Assembly (NCBI RefSeq): GCF_003010495.1
Contig: NZ_CP027570.1
Location: 690,001-722,000 of the forward strand
Direction of reading: 5' to 3'
Length of the DNA stretch: 32,000 nucleotides
From: Megasphaera elsdenii DSM 20460
Lineage (GTDB): Bacteria; Bacillota; Negativicutes; Veillonellales; Megasphaeraceae
Notes under the pieces: generated by a model
What the model was told of the DNA's origin: nothing
Database searches by the model: none
What the model saw: the letters and a program-made list of their open reading frames with translations, nothing else
Shown: piece after piece, positions 24,442 to 32,000 of the stretch
Layout of the letters: every line of letters starts with the position of its first letter
How positions within the stretch are numbered: position 1 is the first letter of the stretch
Program-made: the position numbers and the translations under genes

Positions 24442-24449
24442 AGGGCACC

Positions 24450-24905
24450 TCATATAGCCGAAAGGAAACCGCGCAGCAAGGCGTGGCTCTTTTCATACGA
24501 GAACTGTTTCATCTGTTTCAGCGAGCGCTGCAGCGACCCGTGCAGGCGGTACGACGGCAGTTCTTCCGGCGTGACCCAGCGATAGGCCAGGTGTTCTTCG
24601 GACAGGGACACTTTATCCGTATCGGCCATAGCCGTGAAGATGACGCCGTTCAGGAACTGGCCGTCTTTCTTCTGATAGCTCCAGATACCGGCCGGAGCCT
24701 CCAAGGTGATAGAAAGGCCCGTTTCCTCCCGTACTTCCCGGCGAAGGCCGGCTTCAAAGTCTTCCGTGAAACGCAGGCCGCCGCCGGGAAATTCCCAATG
24801 ATGCAGCCCTTCGGCATCGTTCTTCTGCAACAACAGCAGCTTCCCTTCGTGGAAAATCATCGCTTTGACACTCAACCCCATCAATACATTCGCTTCTTGC
24901 GCCAT
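24450..24905 (-). CDS. NUDIX hydrolase
   Basis: Nudix box GGGLRFTEDFEAGLRREVREETGL. Confidence 0.85.
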   Translation of the reverse strand: MAQEANVLMGLSVKAMIFHEGKLLLLQKNDAEGLHHWEFPGGGLRFTEDFEAGLRREVREETGLSITLEAPAGIWSYQKKDGQFLNGVIFTAMADTDKVSLSEEHLAYRWVTPEELPSYRLHGSLQRSLKQMKQFSYEKSHALLRGFLSAI

Positions 24906-24957
24906 AACCCCAGTCTCCTATCTCAACAAATTCATTGCAACAAATAATATAAATTTA

Positions 24958-24966
24958 ATTATACCA
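24958..24966 (-). promoter_or_regulatory. Extended -10 (TGGTATAAT) candidate for the NUDIX/decarboxylase transcript
   Basis: On the minus strand, TGGTATAAT lies about 50 nt upstream of ATG 24905. Confidence 0.4.
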
Positions 24967-25023
24967 TATTTACGGCCCCGGGAGAATCGAACTGGCAGGA
25001 CAGAATCGCTGCAATCTGTCTTA

Positions 25024-25052
25024 TTTACATGGCCCATGTTATCGGGTAAAAT
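25024..25052 (+). promoter_or_regulatory. Candidate promoter for the pyridoxal kinase gene
   Basis: TTTACA (25024-29), a 17-nt spacer, then TAAAAT (25047-52), 33 nt before ATG 25086. Confidence 0.5.
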
Positions 25053-25085
25053 GATGGTACAGTTTATTTTTAGGAGGTTTTCTCT

Positions 25086-25913
25086 ATGGCTACAAAACGC
25101 GTCCTTGCAATTCACGATATGTGTTCCTTCGGCCGCTGCTCCCTGACAGCTGCCATCCCGGTCATTTCGGCCATGGGCTTCCAGGTCTGCCCGTTCCCGA
25201 CAGCTATTTTCAGCAATAACCTGACCTATGGCGACTACACCTTCTCTGATTTCACGCCGCACATGACGGAATTTATGGATAAATGGCAGAAACTGGGCTA
25301 TTCCTATGATGCTATTTACAGCGGTTTCCTCGCCGACGCCGGCCAGATAGCCATCGTTCTCGATGCCATTTCCCGTTTCGCCAAAGACGATACGCTCGTC
25401 ATTGTCGACCCGGCCATGGCCGATGACGGCAAACTTTACCCAGTCTTCAAGCCGGATATTGTCACGGAAATGCGCAAACTCATTGCCAAAGCGACTATCA
25501 TTACGCCGAATTACACCGAAGCGACCTTGTTGACGGGCCGTCCTTATGACCAAGATATCCCATCCATGAAAACCATGCTCGAACTCTGCCAGCAGCTGGC
25601 CGCCATGGGGCCGCATCAAATCATCATCACCAGCGTCCCGTCCGGCAGCGAAACAATCACCGTCGTCAGCTATGATGCCCAGACATCCTCTTTTGACGAA
25701 TGTACGGTCGACCGCATCCCCTTTAGCACCTGCGGCACGGGCGACCTGTTCACCAGCGTTCTCACAGGCTCCCTGCTCCAAGGCCAGTCCCTGCACGACA
25801 GTGTCAAAAAGGCCACGCAGTTCCTGAACTACGCCATCAGCTATACCTATCAGTCCGGCAGCGATCCCCGCGAAGGCGTCCAGGTCGAACCTTGCTTAAA
25901 GAAGTTGTTCTAG
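25086..25913 (+). CDS. pdxK: Pyridoxal/pyridoxamine kinase (ribokinase superfamily)
   Basis: VLAIHDMCSFGRCSLTAAIPVISAMG, the VDPAMADDGKLY substrate region and the GTGDLFTS anion hole. AGGAGG RBS. Confidence 0.85.
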   Translation: MATKRVLAIHDMCSFGRCSLTAAIPVISAMGFQVCPFPTAIFSNNLTYGDYTFSDFTPHMTEFMDKWQKLGYSYDAIYSGFLADAGQIAIVLDAISRFAKDDTLVIVDPAMADDGKLYPVFKPDIVTEMRKLIAKATIITPNYTEATLLTGRPYDQDIPSMKTMLELCQQLAAMGPHQIIITSVPSGSETITVVSYDAQTSSFDECTVDRIPFSTCGTGDLFTSVLTGSLLQGQSLHDSVKKATQFLNYAISYTYQSGSDPREGVQVEPCLKKLF

Positions 25914-25947
25914 TCCCTATTGTTAACCAATATAACTATACATAAAG

Positions 25948-25977
25948 TTGACCTCACAAGCGCTTTTTTGCTATAAT
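25948..25977 (+). promoter_or_regulatory. Promoter for bioY
   Basis: TTGACC (25948-53), an 18-nt spacer, then TATAAT (25972-77). Confidence 0.55.
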
Positions 25978-26013
25978 ACGTAGGAAATCCGTAAGCAAAG
26001 GAGCGCTTTTATC

Positions 26014-26565
26014 ATGTCCGATTCCAGAGAAAAGACGATGCGCTTGACGCGTATCGCCTTACTGATTGCTATGAACTGTATCTCCGCGTATTTAATCATC
26101 CCCCTGCCTTTTTCCCAGTCGCCGATAGCCTTGCAGACGCTCGTCGTCAACCTGGTCGCCTTCCTGCTGCCGCCGAAAGACGCAGCCATCACCATGCTAG
26201 CCTATATCGGCATCGGCCTCATCGGCGTCCCCGTCTTCACAGGCGGTACGGCCGGACCTGGCAAGATGTTCGGCCCGACAGGTGGCTACATCTGGGCCTA
26301 CGTCGCTGCGGTCTTCCTCATGTCCTGGTTCAAAGGGAAGGACTATAGTTTCCGGCGCTACGCCCTGGTAGCCGTCGTCATCGGCATCCCGGTCATCTAT
26401 CTAGGCGGTGTCCTGCAGCTCAAAGGCGTTACAGGCATGCCGTGGGAAGCCGCCATCATGAGCGGCGTCGTCCCGTTTATTCCCTTGGATATCGTCAAGA
26501 GCCTCTGTGCTGCCGCTTTGGCACGACCGCTGCTGGCCTTGGGCCTCAAAGGCACTCAGGGATGA
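26014..26565 (+). CDS. bioY: Biotin transporter S-component BioY
   Basis: Six predicted TM segments and the BioY signature GPTGGYIWAY. AAAGGAG RBS. Confidence 0.9.
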   Translation: MSDSREKTMRLTRIALLIAMNCISAYLIIPLPFSQSPIALQTLVVNLVAFLLPPKDAAITMLAYIGIGLIGVPVFTGGTAGPGKMFGPTGGYIWAYVAAVFLMSWFKGKDYSFRRYALVAVVIGIPVIYLGGVLQLKGVTGMPWEAAIMSGVVPFIPLDIVKSLCAAALARPLLALGLKGTQG

Positions 26566-29500
26566 CGCCGGCCGTAAATCCGTTCTTTATCGGCATACAT
26601 TTTCTTGTCTACCTGAGATAATACGTCGTCAATGTTGGCGATAGGCGTCTGGCACACGATATAGCCTAAAGCCATGCTGATACCACTGGAACGGTAGCGG
26701 GCACGCAGGTCGTTGACGAGCCGCTGGGCCTGCGCTTCATCGGCATCCTTAGCGACGATAATGAATTCGTCGCCACCCATGCGAAATACGGCGATGTCAC
26801 CAGTCAGGTTCTTCATGATTTGAGCAGCTTGGCGGATGAGCTGGTCGCCGACTTCATGGCCTTGAGTATCATTGATCTGCTTGAGGCCATTGAGATCGCC
26901 GAAGATGAAGGCCAGGGAAATCCCGTCAGGTAACGTCTGGCGATATTCCGCAAAGCCCCGGCGATTACCGACGCCGGTCAGCTGGTCTGTCGTGCTGATG
27001 CTCTCGAGGGAACGGAAAATATCGCGGTTGCGCAACATGATGGCCAAGAACAAGGTCAGCGTCGACAACAGGAGACCTGCTGATTTGAAGGCCAGCGCCG
27101 ACGGATTAATGACTTCCGTAAATCCCAAGGACTTGCCCGACTGGGTCAGATGGCCCGATACGAGACGGCGGCAGTCGGGGATATAGGGATGGAAACCAGG
27201 ATGCGTCCGTATGAATTCCGGTGCATCTTCAATAATAGCCATCTGTTTCGTATCGAACGTATCATAGAGGGGCCGCAGGGAATTAATGGGAATGTGCTGA
27301 ACCGTACGAGCGACGGGCTGCAAGTTTTCCTGATGCCATTCATAGGTTGCACTGACCTGGCTTCCCTGTTCTTCAAAAATCAAAACCCGTTCGGCCTGCA
27401 AGCTGTGACCTATTTTTTCCAACATCTTCTGCAAACCTACATCCGGATTGGCTTCGCGCATGCCGATAGCAATGACCTCATTGGCCATGACTTCGCGGAA
27501 AATGACATTATTTTCAGCCAAATCATGGCTGATATACGGATCGATATTTACGGCCATAGAAAAGCGGTAATTCTTCCCTTGCCAGGGAATGAGCGTCGCC
27601 CGCATGAGCAAGTTCTGCCTGGTCTTGCGATTACGGCGCGTCGTCGTATAAAAACAGTCGCGGCGCAGCTGGCCATTGATGCAGTCCTGACAAGGCGCAT
27701 CGAGGCCGGCCAGGATCTTATAGCACTTTTCACCGACCCAGCTATAGGTATTGGAAAGGCCATAGCTCTTCTGCATGTATTCATTAACATAGACCAGTTC
27801 ATACGTATCCGGAGCGATAATGGATACTTCTTCATCGAGCTTATCAAATTTTTCCTTATCGAAGACCAGGCGGTCGCCGATATAGATAGCTTGTCCATAC
27901 TGCTGTTCATTCACTTCATTCAAGCGTTTCCGCAAAAGCATCATGACCTCATCGAAATCCTGGCCCTCCGACCCTTGAGCCACGGCGTATTGTAAATAAA
28001 GAGTACAGCTGTAGTCGCCAATATTCGTAATGCCATGGATGGCATCGACGAGACTCAGCATTTTATTCCGGAAATCGTCATCTATGGTCTTCGGGATAAT
28101 GCAACAAAAACGGCTACCGCTCAAATGGGCCAACGTTTCATTTAAAGTATGGAAGGCCATCAGCTGCTGTGTAATGGCCTGCAGCAACTTCTGTCCCACT
28201 TCATCGCCATACTCCTGAAAAAGCGCTTCATATGCAGGCACTTCGAGGAGTACACACGTATAATCCCGACCATAGCGCCGATATTTCTCGCCGTACTCAT
28301 CTGCCGCCTGCAAGAGTCCCCGGAAATTGAGCAGTCCCGTCACGTCGTCGACAAAACTTCTCTGCCGGAGCCGCGCCTGACGGGCATCGGCATACTCTAA
28401 ATCTTCAAAATACCCCAGCAATCCGATAATACGTCTCCCGCGATAGATAGGAAATTTGGTAGCGGCAATTCGATGCGGTCGGCCTTGGACGAGACATTCT
28501 CCGACAACACAGTGCGTGACCTCGCCTTTTTCAAGGACAGCCCATTCGGCCTCTTCATACTTTTTCCCCTGGATATGCCAGCCAATATCCTCATCGGTTT
28601 TCCCGATGAGGCTTTTTTCATCTTTTAAGCCGTAATAATCGAGGAAAGCCTGACTAACGCCAGCAAAACGCCGTTTTCGGTCTTTCCAGAAGAATTTGAT
28701 ATCCGAATAACGAATCATGGCCTGACACAGTTCCCGCAGGATACGGAAATAAGGCTGCCGGACCGGTTCCAGTTCATGGAGGCCCAAAGAGGTAGCCAGT
28801 ATCGGCAGTAAGCTCTTGCGGTCCCGTGCCGTTTCCCATATATCATCGCGGCAGCACAGTAGAACCCCTTGCCGGCCGCCGTTGCGCAGGAGCATAGCTA
28901 AATAGACTGTCCAGCGATAGCTGCCGTCAGCTTGCTTGATGCGGAAGACACTGCCCGTGCTATTCGTCTGCGACTTGCCGGCCTGGCGGCGTACATTGTC
29001 GAAATCGAGGAATGCTAAAAAACGTTTCCTGTCGTCATCATGGACGAAGCGGGTCGCATAATCGGTCAGCAGACGGAGGATACCCTTCTGGGCCTGCCCT
29101 TGGGCCCAGTTGGGCATCACCGTCTTGATAACTTCAAAGGTATCGTCCTGGGGATTCAGATAATACAAGCCCTTATAGAGTTGGAGGATGTTGCGCAGTA
29201 AATAATCAATGCGATGGGCTTCCTTATCTTCTCTGGCATCAGCAATGTTATAAATCCAGGCGCGGCACAGATAACGGCCCTGGGTCCCGCCGATTAGCCC
29301 CAGATGAAGCTGCAAATAGTGATCTTCCTCGATATAGGTCACGACCTGTTCCTGACTGGATACAATGAGTTCCTCCAAGCAAGGCTGCAACCGCTGGCGG
29401 AAAGAAAGGTTCTCAATCCGCAAGGGCAGGTCTTTCCCATTATAGGCTGGCAAAGCTTGGCGAATAATCTGGCGGAAAGCCTGATTGGCTGACAGCACGA

Positions 29501-31244
29501 CGACCTGTTTCCCATCATAGTGAAAGATAGCCACAGGGACATCGGTCACGACATTGATGAGGCCAGCCTTATCATAGACCGATTCTTCCCGCCGCGTTTC
29601 CTGGCCGTACTCATAGTTCTCACAAAAGATCTGTATGTCTTCATAAGACATGGGCTGTCCCCAATAATAGCCCTGTATCTTTTCACAACCAATGGCCTTC
29701 AAAAAGTCGACTTGGGCCTTCGTTTCTGCTCCTTCAGCCAGGGTATGGACACCCAGTTCCTTGGCCATGAGGACGATAGCCTTGAGGATGCGGCGGCTCT
29801 TTTCATTGAAATTGCGCAAAAAGGCCATGTCGATCTTGAGTTCATCGAAATGATAGTTATGCAGGACGTTGAGCGACGAATAGGCACTGCCGAAGTCATC
29901 GAGCCAGACCTGATAGCCAGACCGCTGAAACTGCCGCAAGGTCTGAATCAAGTTATGCTTCTCTTTGACCAGCGCCGTTTCCGTCACTTCGATGCGGATA
30001 TAGTCCCGCTGCAGGTCATAGCGGGATATGACATTTTCAACCATCCTAAAAGGGTCCATAAGGTTGAAATCATGGCGCGATAAATTGATTGACACCGGCA
30101 GGACAGGCTGTTTATTGGCCAGCCGGTAATGAAGCTGTTTGGCTACCTGATTGAGAACATAGCAATCCAATTTATGAATGAGCCGAGCCTGTTCCAGGAC
30201 GGGAATGAAGACATTCGGCGTGAGCCGGCCGTAGACAGGATCTTCCCAACGGGCTAGGGCTTCAACACCGCAGATTTTCCCAGTCATGGTCCGGACGACG
30301 GGCTGATAATAGACCTTGATATGCCCCTTTTCCAAAGCGGCATTGAAATTTTCCAGGACGAAAGCCCGCTTTTCCAAGGCTTCGCCCATATCCCGCGTAT
30401 AGACGGCCCAACAGCGCGTAGCATCGGTTTTGATTGTATCACAGGCGATTTTAGCCATATCAAAAGTATGGCGCACGATATAAATGTCGTCTTTTTCCAA
30501 CAGGCAGACGCCAGCCTTCAAGACGATGTTGGAATTATTGATATAGGCATTGACGCGGCTGCAAACGACTTCTATAGTCTGGAATAAATCTTTCTTCATC
30601 GCCAATACCGCGAACCCGTCGGCAGAGAGATGCGAAATCAAGGCATCCGGAAAAGACTGCTGCAGCACAGAGGCGATGTATTTGAGGCAATGGTCGCCAG
30701 CAGCCAAGCCATGGAGTGAATTATAAAGGCGGAAGTTCGTAAGGTTGAAATAAGTCGGGCAATATAATGACAGACGGCCTTTAGGACTTTCCTGCCGAGC
30801 CACCATCAAGGCTTTCCTAAAGAACAGGCGCATACCGAGCAGCCCCGTCAGTGGATCGTTCTGGGCGCTGCTGCCTTTTAGTTCACTGCTGATGATCTGC
30901 AGCAGCCAGGCCTTCGTCCCATCCTCGAAGGAAATAACACTGGCCGAACCTTCGGCCCGGCGAAAGTGGTCATCCCGCGTGCGGAAGCGGAAAGTCACAA
31001 AACCAGTCTGGTCCGAGCCGGCCATATGGGCGATAGGATAATAGTCCTCGGCATCGACCATGCCCTGCAGCCGCTTCCCGGTAAAGCGGTAAAAATCCGC
31101 TTCATCAGTACAATGGTAAATCTTCAGCATCCCTTTATTGACAAATAAAATAGGCTCTCCCGGTTCCATCCCGATCAGGCAGATACCTGACGTCAACCGG
31201 TCGTAATAGCGATGTAGCTCTGCTCGCATCTCCCCTATTCCCAT
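26556..31244 (-). CDS. Multidomain c-di-GMP signalling protein (PAS, degenerate GGDEF, EAL, PAS, degenerate GGDEF, PAS, GAF, GGDEF)
   Basis: 1562 aa. The EAL domain appears intact: VEALARW (nt 30255-30263), DDFG, KID, EGAET and QGY. Degenerate GGDEF-like domains carry SADGF (aa 207-211) and SGSRF (aa 1042-1046). The C-terminal domain has canonical GGDEF (aa 1490-1494, nt 26763-26777). PAS-like and GAF-like segments lie in between. Confidence 0.9.
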   Translation of the reverse strand: MGIGEMRAELHRYYDRLTSGICLIGMEPGEPILFVNKGMLKIYHCTDEADFYRFTGKRLQGMVDAEDYYPIAHMAGSDQTGFVTFRFRTRDDHFRRAEGSASVISFEDGTKAWLLQIISSELKGSSAQNDPLTGLLGMRLFFRKALMVARQESPKGRLSLYCPTYFNLTNFRLYNSLHGLAAGDHCLKYIASVLQQSFPDALISHLSADGFAVLAMKKDLFQTIEVVCSRVNAYINNSNIVLKAGVCLLEKDDIYIVRHTFDMAKIACDTIKTDATRCWAVYTRDMGEALEKRAFVLENFNAALEKGHIKVYYQPVVRTMTGKICGVEALARWEDPVYGRLTPNVFIPVLEQARLIHKLDCYVLNQVAKQLHYRLANKQPVLPVSINLSRHDFNLMDPFRMVENVISRYDLQRDYIRIEVTETALVKEKHNLIQTLRQFQRSGYQVWLDDFGSAYSSLNVLHNYHFDELKIDMAFLRNFNEKSRRILKAIVLMAKELGVHTLAEGAETKAQVDFLKAIGCEKIQGYYWGQPMSYEDIQIFCENYEYGQETRREESVYDKAGLINVVTDVPVAIFHYDGKQVVVLSANQAFRQIIRQALPAYNGKDLPLRIENLSFRQRLQPCLEELIVSSQEQVVTYIEEDHYLQLHLGLIGGTQGRYLCRAWIYNIADAREDKEAHRIDYLLRNILQLYKGLYYLNPQDDTFEVIKTVMPNWAQGQAQKGILRLLTDYATRFVHDDDRKRFLAFLDFDNVRRQAGKSQTNSTGSVFRIKQADGSYRWTVYLAMLLRNGGRQGVLLCCRDDIWETARDRKSLLPILATSLGLHELEPVRQPYFRILRELCQAMIRYSDIKFFWKDRKRRFAGVSQAFLDYYGLKDEKSLIGKTDEDIGWHIQGKKYEEAEWAVLEKGEVTHCVVGECLVQGRPHRIAATKFPIYRGRRIIGLLGYFEDLEYADARQARLRQRSFVDDVTGLLNFRGLLQAADEYGEKYRRYGRDYTCVLLEVPAYEALFQEYGDEVGQKLLQAITQQLMAFHTLNETLAHLSGSRFCCIIPKTIDDDFRNKMLSLVDAIHGITNIGDYSCTLYLQYAVAQGSEGQDFDEVMMLLRKRLNEVNEQQYGQAIYIGDRLVFDKEKFDKLDEEVSIIAPDTYELVYVNEYMQKSYGLSNTYSWVGEKCYKILAGLDAPCQDCINGQLRRDCFYTTTRRNRKTRQNLLMRATLIPWQGKNYRFSMAVNIDPYISHDLAENNVIFREVMANEVIAIGMREANPDVGLQKMLEKIGHSLQAERVLIFEEQGSQVSATYEWHQENLQPVARTVQHIPINSLRPLYDTFDTKQMAIIEDAPEFIRTHPGFHPYIPDCRRLVSGHLTQSGKSLGFTEVINPSALAFKSAGLLLSTLTLFLAIMLRNRDIFRSLESISTTDQLTGVGNRRGFAEYRQTLPDGISLAFIFGDLNGLKQINDTQGHEVGDQLIRQAAQIMKNLTGDIAVFRMGGDEFIIVAKDADEAQAQRLVNDLRARYRSSGISMALGYIVCQTPIANIDDVLSQVDKKMYADKERIYGRRHP

Positions 31245-31371
31245 AACAAATCACGTCCTCTATCGTCATTACAAATACTATAATTATCGTTTACAAATTA
31301 TAAATTAATTATAGCATAAGCCCATTTAAGTTTTTAGTACTTAGGTGAATTGTTTAGTCCGTTTTTGACAT

Positions 31372-31407
31372 AAAAAAAAGACCTGTGTACGGAATCGTAC
31401 ACAGGTC
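31372..31407 (-). terminator. Rho-independent terminator downstream of the 31547 gene
   Basis: On the minus strand: GACCTGTGTAC-gattcc-GTACACAGGTC followed by TTTTTTTT. Confidence 0.65.
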
Positions 31408-31546
31408 TGCTAATTTCACAAAGGAAATTATTTGAGTTCTACTCCCTCGGCTTTTCCCCAAAATGAGAATGGCTTCACTAAGCCATTTTTAAAGCATCAT
31501 TTTTTCAAAATCAGCCTCATTTTCGCAGTTTTAAAAAAAAATAGTA

Positions 31547-32000
31547 TCATTTGAGTATCACTGACCAGTATCCTTTACGGTGCGTTCCCATGCGTTTTAG
31601 ATAGCCTTTTTCCTGCAGCTTCTTCGTATGATATTTTATAGTACCAAGGGACAGCGACGTGGCCATCGCAATTTCCGATTGCGTGCTGTCTGGTTTCTTT
31701 TGGATATATGCTAAAATAGCTTCTTCCTTATCATTTAATGTTACAGGCAGATTCGTTCCAGTTTGGTCAGTGTTTTTAGTTTGGTTAGCGGTTTGGTCAG
31801 TAGTTTGGTCAGTTTTTGGTGTTTGGTCAGTTTTTCGATACAAGTTTACCCGCAAATCGCCATCAAAATCAAGAATTTCCGGTTCCCTCAGCCCATAATC
31901 ACGGCAATCCCGCAAAATACGCGGAAAGCCACTGCCCCACTTTTCAATCAGATTCATGTAAGCAAAAGCATTGGCCAAGGCCCGGTTGCGAATCTTTGAA
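31547..32000 (-). CDS. C-terminal part of an AlbA_2/Schlafen-type ATP-binding transcriptional regulator with winged HTH (5' end beyond the right edge)
   Basis: The frame stays open upstream of the track start (SKIRNRALANAFAYMNLIEKWGSGFPRILRDCRDYGLREPE), which is typical of the HATPase_c_4 C-terminal region. A TDQT low-complexity linker and the wHTH STQSEIAMATSLSLGTIKYHTKKLQEKGYLKR follow. Confidence 0.75.
   Translation of the reverse strand, partial: SKIRNRALANAFAYMNLIEKWGSGFPRILRDCRDYGLREPEILDFDGDLRVNLYRKTDQTPKTDQTTDQTANQTKNTDQTGTNLPVTLNDKEEAILAYIQKKPDSTQSEIAMATSLSLGTIKYHTKKLQEKGYLKRMGTHRKGYWSVILK
31761..31830. repeat. Intragenic tandem GTTTGGTCAG repeats (encode the TDQT linker)
   Basis: GTTTGGTCAG occurs at 31761, 31791, 31803 and 31821, with the variant GTTTGGTTAG at 31779. 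Spacings are 18, 12, 12 and 18 nt, all in frame. Confidence 0.8.

Noticed and set aside
24974-25010. A tRNA T-arm-like fragment (reverse complement GCCAGTTCGATTCTCCCGGGGCC) that could mark an integration att site.
   Set aside because: Only 3 of 5 T-stem pairs form. There is no acceptor, anticodon arm or CCA, and no integrase or other mobile genes lie nearby. It is probably a chance match.
24918-25796. A 292-aa minus-strand ORF.
   Set aside because: It is antisense to the pyridoxal kinase gene, whose plus-strand product has the ribokinase-fold GTGD anion hole and a strong AGGAGG RBS.
27033-27083. The hydrophobic helix (AGLLLSTLTLFLAIML, aa 1388-1404) in the giant c-di-GMP protein considered as a transmembrane anchor.
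   Set aside because: It is a single hydrophobic segment deep inside a protein with no signal peptide. Cytoplasmic-type PAS/GAF/GGDEF domains lie on both sides, so it is more likely a buried linker helix. This cannot be settled without a topology predictor.

Overview
This is a chromosomal window from a moderately GC-rich diderm Firmicute, probably a Megasphaera-like member of the Negativicutes. That assignment is an inference from an SLH-domain OmpM-type porin, Bacillus-like housekeeping synteny and strongly GC3-biased codons, which also produce many long antisense ORFs. From left to right the window holds: a partial NifU/IscU-like gene, a LysR regulator and a small exported protein; a terminator-insulated three-gene cassette (22-residue-repeat solenoid, MoxR-type AAA+ ATPase, HExxH-peptidase/vWA fusion) bracketed by matched G/T-rich heptamer arrays; a 590-bp coding-free GC-hairpin region; and a minus-strand alpha-glucoside locus (RpiR regulator, PTS EIICBA, GH13 glucosidase, HAD phosphatase, with an OmpM-like porin joined to its 3' end) next to a eukaryote-type hexokinase. 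Then come a six-tRNA operon (Gly-Asn-Gln-Lys-Glu-Val) with a consensus promoter, bracketed by two ~87-bp heptamer-built palindromes, and a small Cys/His-rich protein. A conserved block follows: tatD, metG, rsmI, a tRNA m6A methyltransferase, ricT, holB, tmk and a PLP decarboxylase. The window ends with a NUDIX hydrolase, pyridoxal kinase, bioY, a 1562-aa PAS/GAF/GGDEF/EAL protein and a partial Schlafen/AlbA_2-type HTH regulator. No CRISPR array, rRNA, transposase or prophage genes were seen. The best candidate for an undescribed system is the solenoid-MoxR-peptidase/vWA cassette. The paired heptamer elements are the most unusual non-coding signal.
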